Assembly: GCA_043228905.1 (NCBI GenBank)
Contig: JBHGNT010000007.1
Location: 1,674,001-1,738,000 of the forward strand
Length of the DNA: 64,000 nt
Source: Azolla caroliniana
Taxonomy: Eukaryota; Plantae; Polypodiophyta
Direction of reading: 5' to 3'
The notes under the pieces were generated by a model. The model searched no databases and was not told the DNA's origin. It saw nothing but the letters and a program-made list of their open reading frames with translations. Position 1 is the first letter of the stretch. Every line of letters begins with the position of its first letter. Position numbers and translations under genes: made by a program. Below, one piece after another: positions 34,870 to 48,100 of this stretch.

Positions 34870-36259
34870 TGTAAAGAATCGAGTATGATTCTTGTGTAGC
34901 GGAAGAGATGTGTGTTATGTGTATGTGTGAGAGGAATTAGAGGAGAGAAAAGAGAACACAAGATAGATAGAAAAGGGAATACTCAAGAAGAAGGTGTATA
35001 TTCACAAGGAGAATAAGAATTACAAAATGTAGCATTACAAGGAGTCACAACCGACTTAGTATGAAGTATGAGGAGGGTGCTTTATATATAGTCACCCTCT
35101 CTCTTAATTAACTAACTACAACAATCACTCTCTCTTGGGAATGTGAAGACTCATAGTCATGGGGAATGTGTAACTCATTAGTTATGTGTCATAGAATATG
35201 ATTCTATGACACATAGTTAATGTGTAGAGAGTAGTGGTGTGACTCTTCACCTTTGAGTAATCATAGATTCTCAAAAGTTGTGTTCACATGTTGTACTATG
35301 TTGAGCTTGATTCTCAACACGCCCCCTCAAGCTCAACTTGGGTCGGTTCCTTTCTATTGATATCAACTTCGGCTGGTATCTGTTAATGGGTGGGGGGTGG
35401 AGCCAGTCTCGGTGAAGCCTAGATTGGCTCCACCCCCCTCCCAAGGGGGTTATGTGTGAGGGAAAGAGAAGTAAAGAAAAATAGAAAATGACACAAATGT
35501 GAGAGGGGAAAAATGTATCTTCATTACATGCCCATAAGGGGTTTATATAATACATCTAATGTAACGGTTACATGACCGTTATAAATAAGACCGTTACACA
35601 TTCTTGTACACATGCACATAATTGTGCATGTGTCCATACACATACTCATCCGCACACACTCATTTACTTTACACATACACATCATTACACCTACCCTTAT
35701 GCCTCCCCATATATTCTTACAGGTAACAGTATCCGGTTCTCGCTTGTACTCCCCCTCAAGCTTGGCAAGTTAGGTATCGTCAATCAAAGGTCTAACATGA
35801 ATTGCCGAAGCTTGTCGGCTCCTAGGGCCTTGGTGAAGATGTCAATTGTTTGAAGATTTGTGTTGATGTGTAGAAGATCAACATCTCCGGCCTGAACACG
35901 CTCTCGAATGAAGTGGTAGTGCACTTCGATATGCTTTGTGTGTGCGTGGAGTACCGAGTTCCGAGCCAGATATATACTGATCATGTTGTCACAGTAAATG
36001 GGAGTCAGATCCTTGATGGGAACACCCAGATCCTTCAAAATCCTCTTGAGCCATACGTCTTCACATACAGCTACGGTTGCGCCCTTGTATTCGGCCTCCG
36101 TACTCGAAAGTGCGACGGTATGTTGCTTCTTACTACTCCAAGATATTGCTCCTCTACCGAGCAAGAAGACAAATCCGGAGGTTGATCGTCAATCAACTCT
36201 GTAGCCGGCCCATTCGGCATCCGTGTACCCTTCGAATCGAATTGGTGTGGCCGATGCGT
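34870..36259 (-). mobile_element. Copia remnant: 3' LTR (34870-35319), PPT and RNase H
   Basis: TG..CA LTR, PPT CTTGAGGGGGCG at 35320-35331, GYTDAEWAG..AISWSSKKQ..STEAEY..TKHIEVHYHFIRE. Cut at 36259 by a gypsy LTR. Confidence 0.8.
35381..35728 (-). mobile_element. Solo LTR (348 bp) with a strong GC hairpin
   Basis: TGTTA..TAACA termini and 5-bp TSD GTATC (35376-35380, 35729-35733). Orientation is inferred from a minus-strand TATATAAA. Confidence 0.75.
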
Positions 36260-38680
36260 TGTCGTGCCTTTCGGCGTCGGATCGTTGTGTGAGTTGGGTG
36301 GGAACCACTAGGGTTTTGGACTAGGAGGAGGAAGAATTTGAGGCTAATCTAGTTATGAGTAGATAGAAAGATAGGTAATTTATGAATCTCGTGAATCCCA
36401 CGAGTTTAGTGTATTTAAAGTGATCATGCTTTTTCTAACTTGTGCATTTTTTATCAACTATAGCGTTCATGCACACTAGATGTGCATGCGTAGCTTTTTC
36501 TTTTAGCATGCGTTTTCTTTTAACTAAAGTTTATCCTAGGTGAACTAACCTTTCTATGTGCAACATCTGCTTTTTAACACTAATGAAATGTTAGTGCAAT
36601 GGTAAGACATTACATTATTAACATGGAGGTGCAAGGTTTGAATCTTACCCTATGCATGTAGCAATCTTTATCTTTTATTTACAAATTTGTCTCTTCATCC
36701 GGTGATAGACTCTCACCGGCCTTCTTCATCTGGCTCTTGCCGGGTCTGCTTCATCCAGTTCTCACCGGTTTTCTTTATCTGGTTCTTACCGGTTCCTCCT
36801 TACCGGTCCTCTTCATCCGTTTCTCACCGACTCTCACCGGCCTTCTTCATCTAGCTCTTGCCTTCATCCGGTTCTAACCGGTTCTCCTTACCGGGTCCTC
36901 CTTACCGGTTCTTCCTTGTCGATTTCTCCTTCATCCATAGAAACAAAAATGCAATTTTTCACGTAGTGTACGAAATACACTACGACACTCACCCCCTCCG
37001 AATCCGCACATCCTCCGGTATGTGCCGAAGCTGTCGGTGATTGTTAGTCTTGTCTGTCCGGTCTCCGCCCGGTTGGTTTCGTCGCCAGTCGTGCTTGGTT
37101 GCCGGCTCTGCCCGGTTTCCGGTTTTGAGTTGCTTGCTCCACCCGGTTACCGGTTGCCGGCTCTCATATTTCTCCTTTACTCGCAATCCCCTCTGTTTCT
37201 CTTGCTATGCTGACTTTGTCTCTCCATTTTGAGCACATCCATTCTTTCCACCCGAACCATTGTCGCCATCCGATCCACCATATTCTTTGTTCTGTCTTTG
37301 CATTGCCATGGCCGGTTGTTATGGCTCCTTGTGATCCTCTTGAGCATAACCCTTCTTGTCTTGTGCATGTGCCATGCTTCCCACTTTGTTCACCTTTGTC
37401 GTATAATCTCACGTTAGAGTTGATAATCTTCATGTTAGAGCTCACCGTCTTTGTTACGATCTCATCCTTGGTAACACTCTTCAAATCCACTTGGCCCGCT
37501 TGGTCCTTGTCGTTCGTGGTAGTGTCTTTTCTTGGCCTCGTCCTTGTCTTTATCAATGTCGATTTCTTTTCGAATCTCCGGTTGAGTCGGATTAGCTTCT
37601 TTCTGAATCGGTATCGTCCGATCGTCTTTCGGTTGGATCGGCTTCCATTCCGATTCATATTCGGCCGATTCGGACTCGGTTGATCGGTTTTTACCGATTC
37701 GGCCCCCTTTTAGGTTGGTTTCGACCGATCAGTTTCCGTCCGTATTTGCTTCCTTTTCCTCGTTTTCACCGGCCTCGACTAGTTCGACCTCCGGCACTTC
37801 TTTCCAAATCGGTCTCGTCTGGTCAGCTTTTGGATGGAATGATTTCCGTCCACGTCGAACTCGACGAATCGGATTTTGTCCGAATCCACTTTTGCTTGCT
37901 TTAGCTTTCATTTAGACCGGAATTCCGGCCAGATCATCTTCCGTCCGGACCCACTTCCGTCTTTACATTCTTTGCTCCCACCTCCCGTCTCTCCGGTATC
38001 ACGTTGGTTCTCGGACACAACCACCGAAGTCTCTAGAATTAGTGGGTAGGAATCCTCAGTATTATCGTCCTCCGTCATTTCACCCATAGCCACCTTCTCG
38101 GCTATCTCTCCGTCGTATGCATCGGCTTCGACCTTTGTTTTCTCTCAGCCACCTTCCGTCTCTTTGGTCTCACGTTGCCTTTCAGACGCAACCGCCGGAG
38201 TCTCTGGAATCAGTGGTGAGAAAGTCTCGATACGGTCATACGCCATCGATTCGTCCATAGCCACCTCTGATTCGATATCATCTTTCGTGGCGACCTCCTC
38301 AATCAAGTCCTGCTTGCACTCTTTATATCCATCAACTATGCAAGCATCGATTATGCTTACCTCTTTCTCATCTGATGTCTCGAAAACTCGTATCCCGAAA
38401 TCTTCTTCTACACTTGAAGTGGTGTTCGCCACTCTTAGCTTATCGGCCTTATCCTTGGTCATCCTTCTTTCACAAGACAAGAGGGTGTCTTGTTCCACAC
38501 TCTCTCCCATGATCCTATCATATTGTATTTCGGCCTTCATATCGGCTACACCATTTTTCCTCAATCTACCATCCCTCATGAGCCATGTGGTTGTTGACAA
38601 GATTATCATCTCCCTCTCATCATGTCTCCGGCATACCCTTTCGACTTCAGCCCAATCCTCAGTAACACCGTTCGCACCGT
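36260..38680 (-). mobile_element. Gypsy remnant: 3' LTR (36260-36987), PPT and a 1.7-kb 3' region with acidic/basic ORF fragments
   Basis: TGTCGT..ACGACA termini and PPT GGAGGGGGTGAG (36988-36999). The LTR end resembles the 5510-6302 LTR. Cut at 38680. Confidence 0.7.
36585..36655 (+). promoter_or_regulatory. tRNA-like A-box/B-box module in LTR U3 (antisense to the element)
   Basis: TAGTGCAATGG (36592-36602) followed by TAAGAC, and GGTTTGAATCT (36635-36645), starts 43 nt apart. Shares TGGAGGTGCAAGGTT with the 5841-5911 module. Confidence 0.6.
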
Positions 38681-38871
38681 TGTTGCGTTGTTCCGCGCAT
38701 GCGTGGAGAACGAGGTGGGATCACGGGGGCCTCAGACCGAGAAATAACCGATTGAGAAGAGGGGAAAGAAACTACCAATGTACTCCGCACGCGCACAGAC
38801 ACACAGATTTATAGGAGTTGCAACTAACTCCGAACAATGGAGACAGAATGAATGTATGCATATAAATAAAT

Positions 38872-41800
38872 TGTTGAGAGACAAGCTCAACATCGGCCGG
38901 ATCGGCTGAAGAAGCCGAGGACCGGATCGGTTGGGTCCGATCGGTTAGGCCGAGTGCGTAAACCGGGAGGTCGTTAGGAAAGATATTCCGTGAGGAATAT
39001 ATTTGGGAGTTAGTGCAGGAGCTCTTGATGAGCATTGAAGTACTGTCAGTACTTCGGTCAGTCCTTCTAGGACTTGTATAAAAGTGTTCACTGAGCACGT
39101 CTTATGTACAGACTGAGTATTATTGTTGAATATAGTTCTTATCTTCTCTCTCACTCTCTCTGTCTCTCCTGCGTATACTGCGTAAGCTCAAGCTCTCCAT
39201 TGAACCTGAGTTTCCTTCCTTCTGTTCCATCTTCATATCTGCTTCCGCACGCTACTTTCTACATGGTATCAGAGCGCGAGGGTTGAGAACCTCTCTGCAG
39301 CCGACACAGCTTGACGAAGAAGAACCAGAAGAACGATGGATAGGGGCATGGCGAGCTCGCTTCCAACAGAGAAGCTCGACAGAACCAACTACGCGTCTTG
39401 GTCTTACAAGATGCACCAGTACCTACTCGGGCACGACTACTGGAGTTATGTCGAAGGAGCTAATGACGCGGCACCCGAATCGACACACAGAGACTTCCCG
39501 TCGTGGGAGCAATCGGCGAGCAGGGTATTGTACTGCTTCGCGTCGTGTGTGGGCGAACAGCTATTGAGCTATGTTTGGGATGCAAAGACGCCGAAGGGTG
39601 CGTGGGAAAATCTGAAGAAGATTTTCGCCGCGAGCACCACAGCCAGGAAGCTTCAGCTCCGACAAGAGTTGAGCAACCTACGACAACGCGACTTGTCGGT
39701 GGTGGACTATACCTCGAAGATCAAGGATATCTGCGACTCCCTCGCCTCCATAGAGGTGAACATCAAGGAGAGCGAGATAGTCCAGATCTGTCTCGTAGGT
39801 TTGGCGTCGAAATTCGGAGCATTCCGAACGGCTGTGTGTACCCGAGAGAATACACCGTCCTTTTTCGACTTACAGTCGATGCTCCTGGTAGAGGAGAACC
39901 ACGCGGGTGCGTCTACTAGCACGCACACCGACAGCAGAATGCTATACACGGAGGGAGATAGGCCCCATGGACGTGGAGGACGAGGCGAGTCGGCGCGCAA
40001 TGGAGGCGGCCGACGAGATCAAGGAAGAAGGCACCGAAGTGATGCCGACAGCAACTCCGGACCCTCCGGAAACAGGGGGGGTCGAAGCGATGAGTACCGG
40101 CAAGGGAAGACCATCGCGGAGTGCTGGTACTGTGGCAAGAAAAGCCACAGGGAAAGTGAGTGCTGGAAGAAGCGCGCCGATTCGAAGAGAACCGGTTCCA
40201 AAAACGGCCCCGGACATACCGACAAGGGAAATCGGCAGTGATCGCACTACGCTGAAGACTCCGGGAGAGCCGGAGAAGGGGTTGTCTTCGTGACGAGACA
40301 CGAAGTAAACTCAATGAAGCAGACCACCCCGAGATCGGACGAGGTGTGGTACGTAGACCCCGGCGCGTCAAACCACATGACGAGATATAAGGAGTGGTTC
40401 TCATACCTTGAAAAACCGATACAACCTGGAGTAGTCACAACTGGAGACGACACTCCGCATCCGATCGCGAATGTCGGAGAAGTTCCCCTTAGCCATGTCG
40501 GGCAGAAAGGGAAACTCATGAACGTGTTGCACGTCCCGACAATCACGAAAAACTTGGTCTCGGTCGGACAGATCGTCGACCAAGGGATGGAGGTTCAGTT
40601 TACACACCTCGGGTGCTTCATTGAGGAAGAAGGTCGTGTGATTGCGCAAGGGCACAGAGACGGGAGGATGTTCATCCTCGATTCCACTGACGGCGGCACC
40701 ACAATGTTCGCGAAGGGACAAAAAACCGAGTCGGACATCGACTTGTGGCACAAGCGGATAGGCCACGTCAACTACCAGTGGCTTCAAGATCTGCAATCGA
40801 AACAGGTAGTGTTCGGATTGCCCAAATTTAGTGGCCGAAAGGCACAAATTTGTGAAGCCTCCCAGCTCGGGAAGCAACACCGACTTCCTTTCCCCAACGA
40901 GCAAAATCGGAGCCGTAACAAGCTCGACCTTATACACTCCGATGTATGGGGGCCGGCACAAAACGTTAGTCTTGGCGGGAGCCGATATTTCGTCTCCTTC
41001 ATCAACGACCACACGCGGCACACGTGGATCTACCTCATTGAGAGGAAGAGCGAAGTCTTCGACTGTTTCCGGGACCTCAAGGGGTTCGTGGAAACGGAAA
41101 CGGGCCGGAAGATCAAGTGCCTGCGGTTGGATGGCGGGAAAGAGTACTTTTCCGGTCAATTCAATGGTTACCTACAACAAATGGGAATTCGGCGCGAATT
41201 CAGTTGCAGATACACACCGGAGCAGAACGGCGTGGCCGAGAGGAAGAATTGGTCAGTTGTGGAAGCGGCACGGGCAATGCTGGAGGAGAAGAGCTTGCCC
41301 AAGTTCTATTGGGCCGAGGCGGTAAGGACCGCGGTATACATCCAGAACCGGATTGGAGACAAAGTGTCGGCGCACGAGCTATATTTCGGAACGAAGCCGA
41401 ACTTGCGACACTTGAGGGTGTTCGGTAGCATTGCGTATGTGCATATACCGAAGGAGAAAAGGAGGAAGCTGGACACAAAGGCCGAAAAATGCATCTTGGT
41501 CGGTTACTCAGACAAGCAGAAGGGTTATAAGTGCTATAACCCTCACACCAAACAAGCGTGTGTCAGTCGCAACGTTGTGGTTGACGAGTCCGCGTCCTGG
41601 TACCAGCCCCCAACACCGAACCCCGAGTCCAATCCGTGTTCTGACGATGAGGTCTGCGAGGCCGAGATGCCTCCAGATGAGCCCGAAATCGAGACCTGCG
41701 AAGAGAGTCTGATTTCACTCCGGTTAAGTGGACCGATTGGACGACTGAGTCGGTACGACCAGTCCGATGAAGAGCCGGCGAGTAGTGGAGACTCGGCCGT

Positions 41801-44556
41801 GCATTCCCCGCGCAGGAAGCCGAGGAGACGGCTTACGCGCAAAGAGAAAGGGAAGAAGAAGGTGTCGGATTCCGGCATGGATAAGAACGAGTCTGACCGA
41901 CGCGAGTCTGACTCCAAGGGAACCGGTGACAGGTCTTTAAAGATGAAGACCGCGTCGACCGAGAAGGCCTCAACATCGGCTAATGTGAGATTACGCCGAT
42001 CTACCCGCCAAAAGAACCCAGTTGTGCGGTTCGGATACAACGAGTACATGGCGCATCATTATGCGTACATGACCCGTGTAGCGGAAGTGTGTGAGCCGGA
42101 GAGCTACGTAGAAGCGGCTAAAGACGCGAATTGGCGTGCCGCAATGGAGGAAGAGATGCACGCATTGGTGGAGAACGAGACCTGGGACCTGGTTGACGCA
42201 CCAAAAGGGGTAAAACCGATCGGGTGTAGGTGGGTGTACAAGGTCAAGTACAACACCGATGGCTCGGTCAACCGGTACAAGGCTCGGCTAGTGGCAAAGG
42301 GCTACGCGTAGAAACACGGCATCGACTACGATGAGACGTTTGCGCCGGTCGCGAAAATGACGATCGTCCGTGTTTTGCTCGCAGTAGCCACGGCCAAGGG
42401 GTGGCACTTACATCAGATGGATGTAAAGAATGCGTTCCTGCAAGGTGACCTTGAGGAACATGTGTACATGGTACAGCCCCCCTGATTTCACTCTGGAACG
42501 AACTCCTCGGCAGTATGCCGACTAAAGAAGTCCCTTTACGGACTGAAGCAAGCCCCGCGTGCCTGGAACGCGAAGATCACGCAACAACTGCATCGGCTGG
42601 GCTTCGTCACGTCAAAATCGGACTCTTCCCTGTTCATCCGGAAAGGTCGACTCGGACCGGTTAGTATTCTACTATATGTTGATGACTTGGTCATCACCGG
42701 CGCCGACCTAGGTGAAATCGACTGCGTGAAGCTCCAGCTTGCGGCATCGTTCGACATGAAGGATCTGGGGGACCTTCATTACTTCCTCGGGATTGAAGTG
42801 ATCCGTACCCTCGAAGGCATATTGATCAGCCAACGCCATTACGTGCTGAGTCTGCGCTTCAAATTCGGGATGGCCGACTGTAAGTCCGTCTCGACTCCTC
42901 TGGACAGAACCGTCAAGCTTCGTCCCAATACGGGAAAGGTATGCGACCCGACGAGGTTCCGACAAATTGTCGAAAGCCTCATAGACTTGACCATCACCCG
43001 GCCCGACCTCAGTTATCCGGTCGGGGTTATCAGTCAGTTCATGGCGCGACCTACCGAGGAGCACCTTCAGTGTGCGCAACGCGTACTGCGGTACGTAAGT
43101 GGCACTAAGGACTAAGGACTGCTATATCGGACCGGTGCAGCCGCGCAGTTAGTTGGCTACACCGATGCTGATTGGGCTGGCAATGTCACTGATCGCCGAT
43201 CCACGTCTGGATACGCATTCTCCCTCGGGAGTCCCGCGATCGCGTGGAGCAGTAAGAAGCAGCCGATAGTTGCACTGTCGAGCACCGAGGAGCGGTTGTC
43301 GCGACATGCGAAGCCATATGCTTGAACCGGCTACTTAAGGACCTGCAAGTGGAGGTGTCAGATCCGACGATGATCTACTACGACAACCTCAGCAACATCC
43401 AGCTCGCGAAAAACCCCGTTTTCCACGCACGGACCAAGCACATTGAGGTGCACTACCATTTCATCCGTGAGCGTGTCCTTTCCGGTGAAGTCGAACTTCA
43501 GTATGTTCCGACGGCTCGGCAGACTGCCGACATCTTCACCAAGCCTCTTGGTCTGGACAAGTTGCGGCAATTCTCCGGTGCGCTCGGATTGCGTCACCTC
43601 GACGTGCCAAACTTGAGGGGGAGAACAGTCCCGAACGACCAAGTAAAGCAACAGGAAAGGAGCGGAGGCCGCGACACCGAGTCAGTTGAATCGGTTGTTG
43701 ACTCGGTTGTCGAGTTCGACTTCGGATCGGCTGAAGAAGCCGAGGGCGGACCCGCGGAAAAGTTCGAAAGCGGACAGAAGGGGAGCAGCCGAAGGAGAGA
43801 GTTGAAGCCAACCACGTATGGGGAAGATGACGCCACCGAGGGCGAGAAGACCGAAGATGAGTTGGAGACAGCCAACTCGGACGAGAGCAAAAACCGATCG
43901 GAGGTAGCCGAGTCGGTTCGGATGTTTGATTCAGACACGTTGAATCAACCGAGGCCCAAGCGGAAGAAAAGGCAACAGAAGAAGTGTCAACACCGCAACA
44001 GCAGAAGAGCTGATAAGGGCCGCATGAGCAGACAAGCCGACCGGAAGGGTCGAAGCGCGCGGAGTCAAACAGTTCGAGGAGCGCGAGCGAGGCGTGAAGC
44101 CAGGAGGAACCGGAGCTGTGAGCCCGAGGATCCCGAAGAGCCTCGAGTTGAGCTTGAGGGGGAGTGTTGAGAGACAAGCTCAACATTGGCCGGATCGGCT
44201 GAAGAAGCCGAGGACCGGATCGGTTGGGACTGATCGGTTAGGCCGAGTGCGTAAACCGGGAGGTCATTAGGAAAGATATTCCGTGAGGAATATATTTGGG
44301 AGTTAGTGTAGGAGCTCTTGATGAACATTGAAGTACTGTCAGTACTTCGGTCAGTCCTTCTAGGACTTGTATAAAAGTGTTTACTGAGCACGTCTTATGT
44401 ACAGACTGAGTATTATTGTTGAATATAGTTCTTGTCTTCTCTCTCACTCTCTCTGTCTCTCCTGCGTATACTGTGTAAGCTCAAGCTCTCCATTGAACCT
44501 GAGTTTCCTTCCTTCTATTCCGTCTTCATATCTGCTTCCGCACGCTACTTTCTACA
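38872..44556 (+). mobile_element. Full-length Ty1/copia element with nonsense mutations
   Basis: 392-bp LTRs (38872-39263, 44165-44556; about 11 mismatches counted by eye), TSD TAAAT, PBS TGGTATCAGAGC (39264-39275), PPT TTGAGGGGGAG before 44165. Confidence 0.93.
39336..44170 (+). pseudogene. Copia gag-pol with in-frame stops (40239, 42309, 42483, 43113) and a deletion near 43290
   Basis: CWYCGKKSHRESEC, WYVDPGASNHM, LWHKRIGH, NGVAER, YKARLVAKG, LLYVDD, RTKHIEVHYHF. Confidence 0.9.
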
Positions 44557-45124
44557 TAAATCAAGTGGTTACAACCGGCAAGCCGGCGAGTGGTAGGCTC
44601 TGATGCCTGCACACACACACACACACAGAACGCGAGATGGAGACTCTGCCGGAAGCACTCGGGCGTTCCGCGGAGTACAGTCAGCCTCCCAAAACCTGCA
44701 CAAAACGACTATGGAGAAGACGGAGGAGAAGACGGAGGAGAAGAGCTCGGTTCCAATCCGGAAGCACTTCTTCCTCCACAAAAACGCAATATCTTTTACA
44801 ATACCTCTCCCTCTCTTTTATAGCCCAAGGAGGGAGGCCGTTACCACCCGTTACATCATGTTTATTCCATGTCCTTTCGGACAGGGATACGCATCAATTT
44901 TCTCCCTAATGAATGCATGCTACCTAGGATTTCACCTCAGCCGACTTGTACCTATCTACGTACTATACATCAAAACTTCTGCCCACGTGTAAGGGCCGGT
45001 TTGCGCACGTTATACCCGGTTTCCACCTAGGGACGGTTTTCTCCACGACATCCGCCCCCACCTAACCGCGCATCCACCGGTATACGCCAAAATTAGACTC
45101 TTGCCGGAGAAAACCGGCCCACGC

Positions 45125-48100
45125 TTATCCTTCGTCTTCCGGATCGACATCCATTCCGAGCCGGTTGTTGTCGCTATCCAGGTCGCCCAGGTCCAGTTCA
45201 GCCTCGTGCTGCTTTTTGAATGCTTTGGTACTTTTCCCCGCCACCGGTATCGCCATCCTTGTACCGTCGAGCTCCGCGAGATGGTAGGTCCCATTGTCAT
45301 TGGCACTTGTCACCACATAAGGCCCGAACCACCTTCTTGCAAACTTCTGCATTGCCCTATGCTGGTTGTCGAAGCTGTTGTTATACACTAGAACCCAATC
45401 GCCTTCCTCGATCTTCTTCGGTCTCAGTCAGTGAGTCCGGTCAAACCGTCCTTTGTTCTTTACCCTCGCCACCCGTAGCATTTCCGCGGCTCGGTCCACG
45501 TCCTACGGTCTTCGCTCCAGCTGCTGAATCCGTGCCGCTAACAGCTCCTCCCGACTCATCTCGTCTTTCCAGTCCACTATGGCCCATGAGGAGATTGTCT
45601 GCTCCGTTGTCATGATCGGCTTCTGCCCGTATATTCACTCTGCCGGCATGAACCCGGTTACCAAACTATGCGTGGTTCGGTCCGCCCACAACACATAGGG
45701 TAAGAGCAGCGGCCCATTCCCGACTTGGCCTCCACACGCCCGTACTAACGCTTTGACGATCGGCCCATGTCCGCGCTCCACCTTCCCGTTAGCCTCCGGA
45801 TTGTATGTTGTGGTCAGCGAGAGTTTAATCCCTAGCCGATCAAACAGCTCTTCCGCCTCTTGCGCGTCCAATTCTCCACGGTCGTCCATGATCTTACCTA
45901 CGCACCCGTACCGGCATACCACTTCTTCGATCAAAAATCGGCACACGGCCGCGGTCGTTTTGTTCTGCAACGCTCGGCCTTCCACCTGGTTCGTCAGGTC
46001 CTCCCGAGCTAGCACCAGATACCGCATTTGCCCTACCCCCATCGGCATTGTCACCAGATCCACCATCCGCTTGAAGTGGATGGTCGGAGGGTAGTGATGT
46101 GGAATACGCGGATTAATCTCCGGCAACAACCGAAGCATAGATCACTTGATGACAATCAAAAAACCACAGACTAAATGGGAATGGAGGTAAGTCGACAAAA
46201 CAGAAAGAGAATACACAGGATATTAACGTGGAAAACCCTGAGAGGGAAAAACCACAGGAGTCCACAGACTCCAAACTATCACTCTATAAAGTAATACAAC
46301 AGGGAGCATAGAGGCAACGACCTCTTGCTCACAATCTTCGCCTAGCGGCGGTTACAACAGAGACACAATCTCTGTATGTCGCTCTCTCTCTCTCTCACTT
46401 ACGCACTGTACAGAGGTTACACCAATAACTCTATCATCATCACTATTAAGTTTGCCCTAGGTCATATTTATACTAATATTACTTTCGGGCTATTTACAAA
46501 TATAGCCCCAGTGGGCTCTCTGGAACATATTTACATATATGTCCCTTCCATCCGATGAGAGGTTCTCACCGGGCCTGCAACATCTGGTTCTCAGTGGGTC
46601 TTCCTTGCCGGGTGCCCGTCATCCGGTTCTCACTGGGTCTTCCATTGCCGGGTACTCCACATCCGGTTCTCACCGGACCAGGTCTTCCGTTGCCGGGTGC
46701 TCATCAACATTGTTCTTCTCACCTCCCATCCGGAGGGACCTATTTCCTAACCGGTAGGTCGGGTGAAGCTCGTCCCGATGTCGGACTATGGAGTGCACCT
46801 GACAGCTTTCGCAAGTCGTCACGAACCGATACACGTCCCGGTATAGTCCTGACCACCAGTACTTCCCCTTTAGCTTTTCGAATGTGGCCCACGTCCTGCG
46901 GAGCCCGGCCCAGGGACTCTCGTGGTATGCCATCAACAATTCTTCTTGTTTCTCTTTCTTCGCCACCACTCGGAGCGGGATGTCGTTTCTCTTCTTCGGG
47001 TGATTCCATATGCTTTCTTCCGAATCCGTAGGAAGAATCGGTACGCGTTCTTCCAAATCCGGTTGGTCTCTTCCTTCGTCCACGCCGCATCTGGTGTCAT
47101 TGTCTTCAAGAACCCGCCGATCTGAAGCCACTCCCCGTCGTACTTGCTCTCGTCGAATTCGTTAAGCGTCGGAGTGCTCCCCTTTCTTGTTGTCACGTAA
47201 GCCGCCTCGAAGAAGTCCACGCCGACTTCCTCGTCCTCTGAAACCATGTCGTCCTCTTCATCAAACCTCGCTCTCGAAAGCATGTCGCCCATGGCATTGT
47301 TCTTTCCGGAAATGTGTCGTATTTCCGGATTTAGGGACTTGATGTACGCTATCCACCTGAGCATTGCCAGGTCCGGCGTCACGCATTCGGAAACCATGCC
47401 GAGAATCGGCAGGCAGTCTGTCTCGATTATCACCTCTGTCCCGATCAGGTAGTCTTTATCGGCCTTGACCGCCGAAACGACACCCTAGAGTTCACGTTTA
47501 ATCTGGGTATATCCTCGTTGTCGCTCACTGAGCACTTTCGCGCCGAACCGGATGGGGAACCTCGCGATGTCGTCATCCTCTTGGTTAATCACCCATCCAA
47601 TCCCGGTCGGACTCGTGTCTACGGTCACGTAAATCGGAGTGTCTTTGCCATAGACAGCCTTTCAGAGCGTCGGTGCCGCGGCAAGTGCTTCTTTCATCCT
47701 CCGGACCGACTCCCTATGCTCGTCTCTCCACTCGAATTTACGCGCTTTCTTCAGCAACCCATAGAGCAGGTCCACGATGTGGGCGTAATGCGGGATCCAG
47801 ATATGGTAGAACGCACATGCCCCCAGGAATCTCCGAACCTCCGTAACCGAATTGCAGTCTTGCTTCATCGCAGAGATGTCCTCTATCTTCGTCGGGGATG
47901 GCTTCCGGCCGTAAGGCCCGCACAGGTGTCCGACTACCAGGATCTCCGACTGTCCGAAGGCTGATTTTTCTCCGAAGAAGGTGAGTTGCGCGCTCTCGAG
48001 TCTTTGTAGCACCTTCTTGCAGTCGTGGATGTGATCTATCACGAACCTCCAACAACCGTCGGGCCCGACCGACTTGTCCTTGTCCTCCACCGGACATCCT

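Noticed and set aside
5841-36655. Calling the tRNA-like modules true tRNA genes
   Set aside because: Acceptor and anticodon stems do not pair convincingly; only the A/B boxes and parts of the D and T arms remain.
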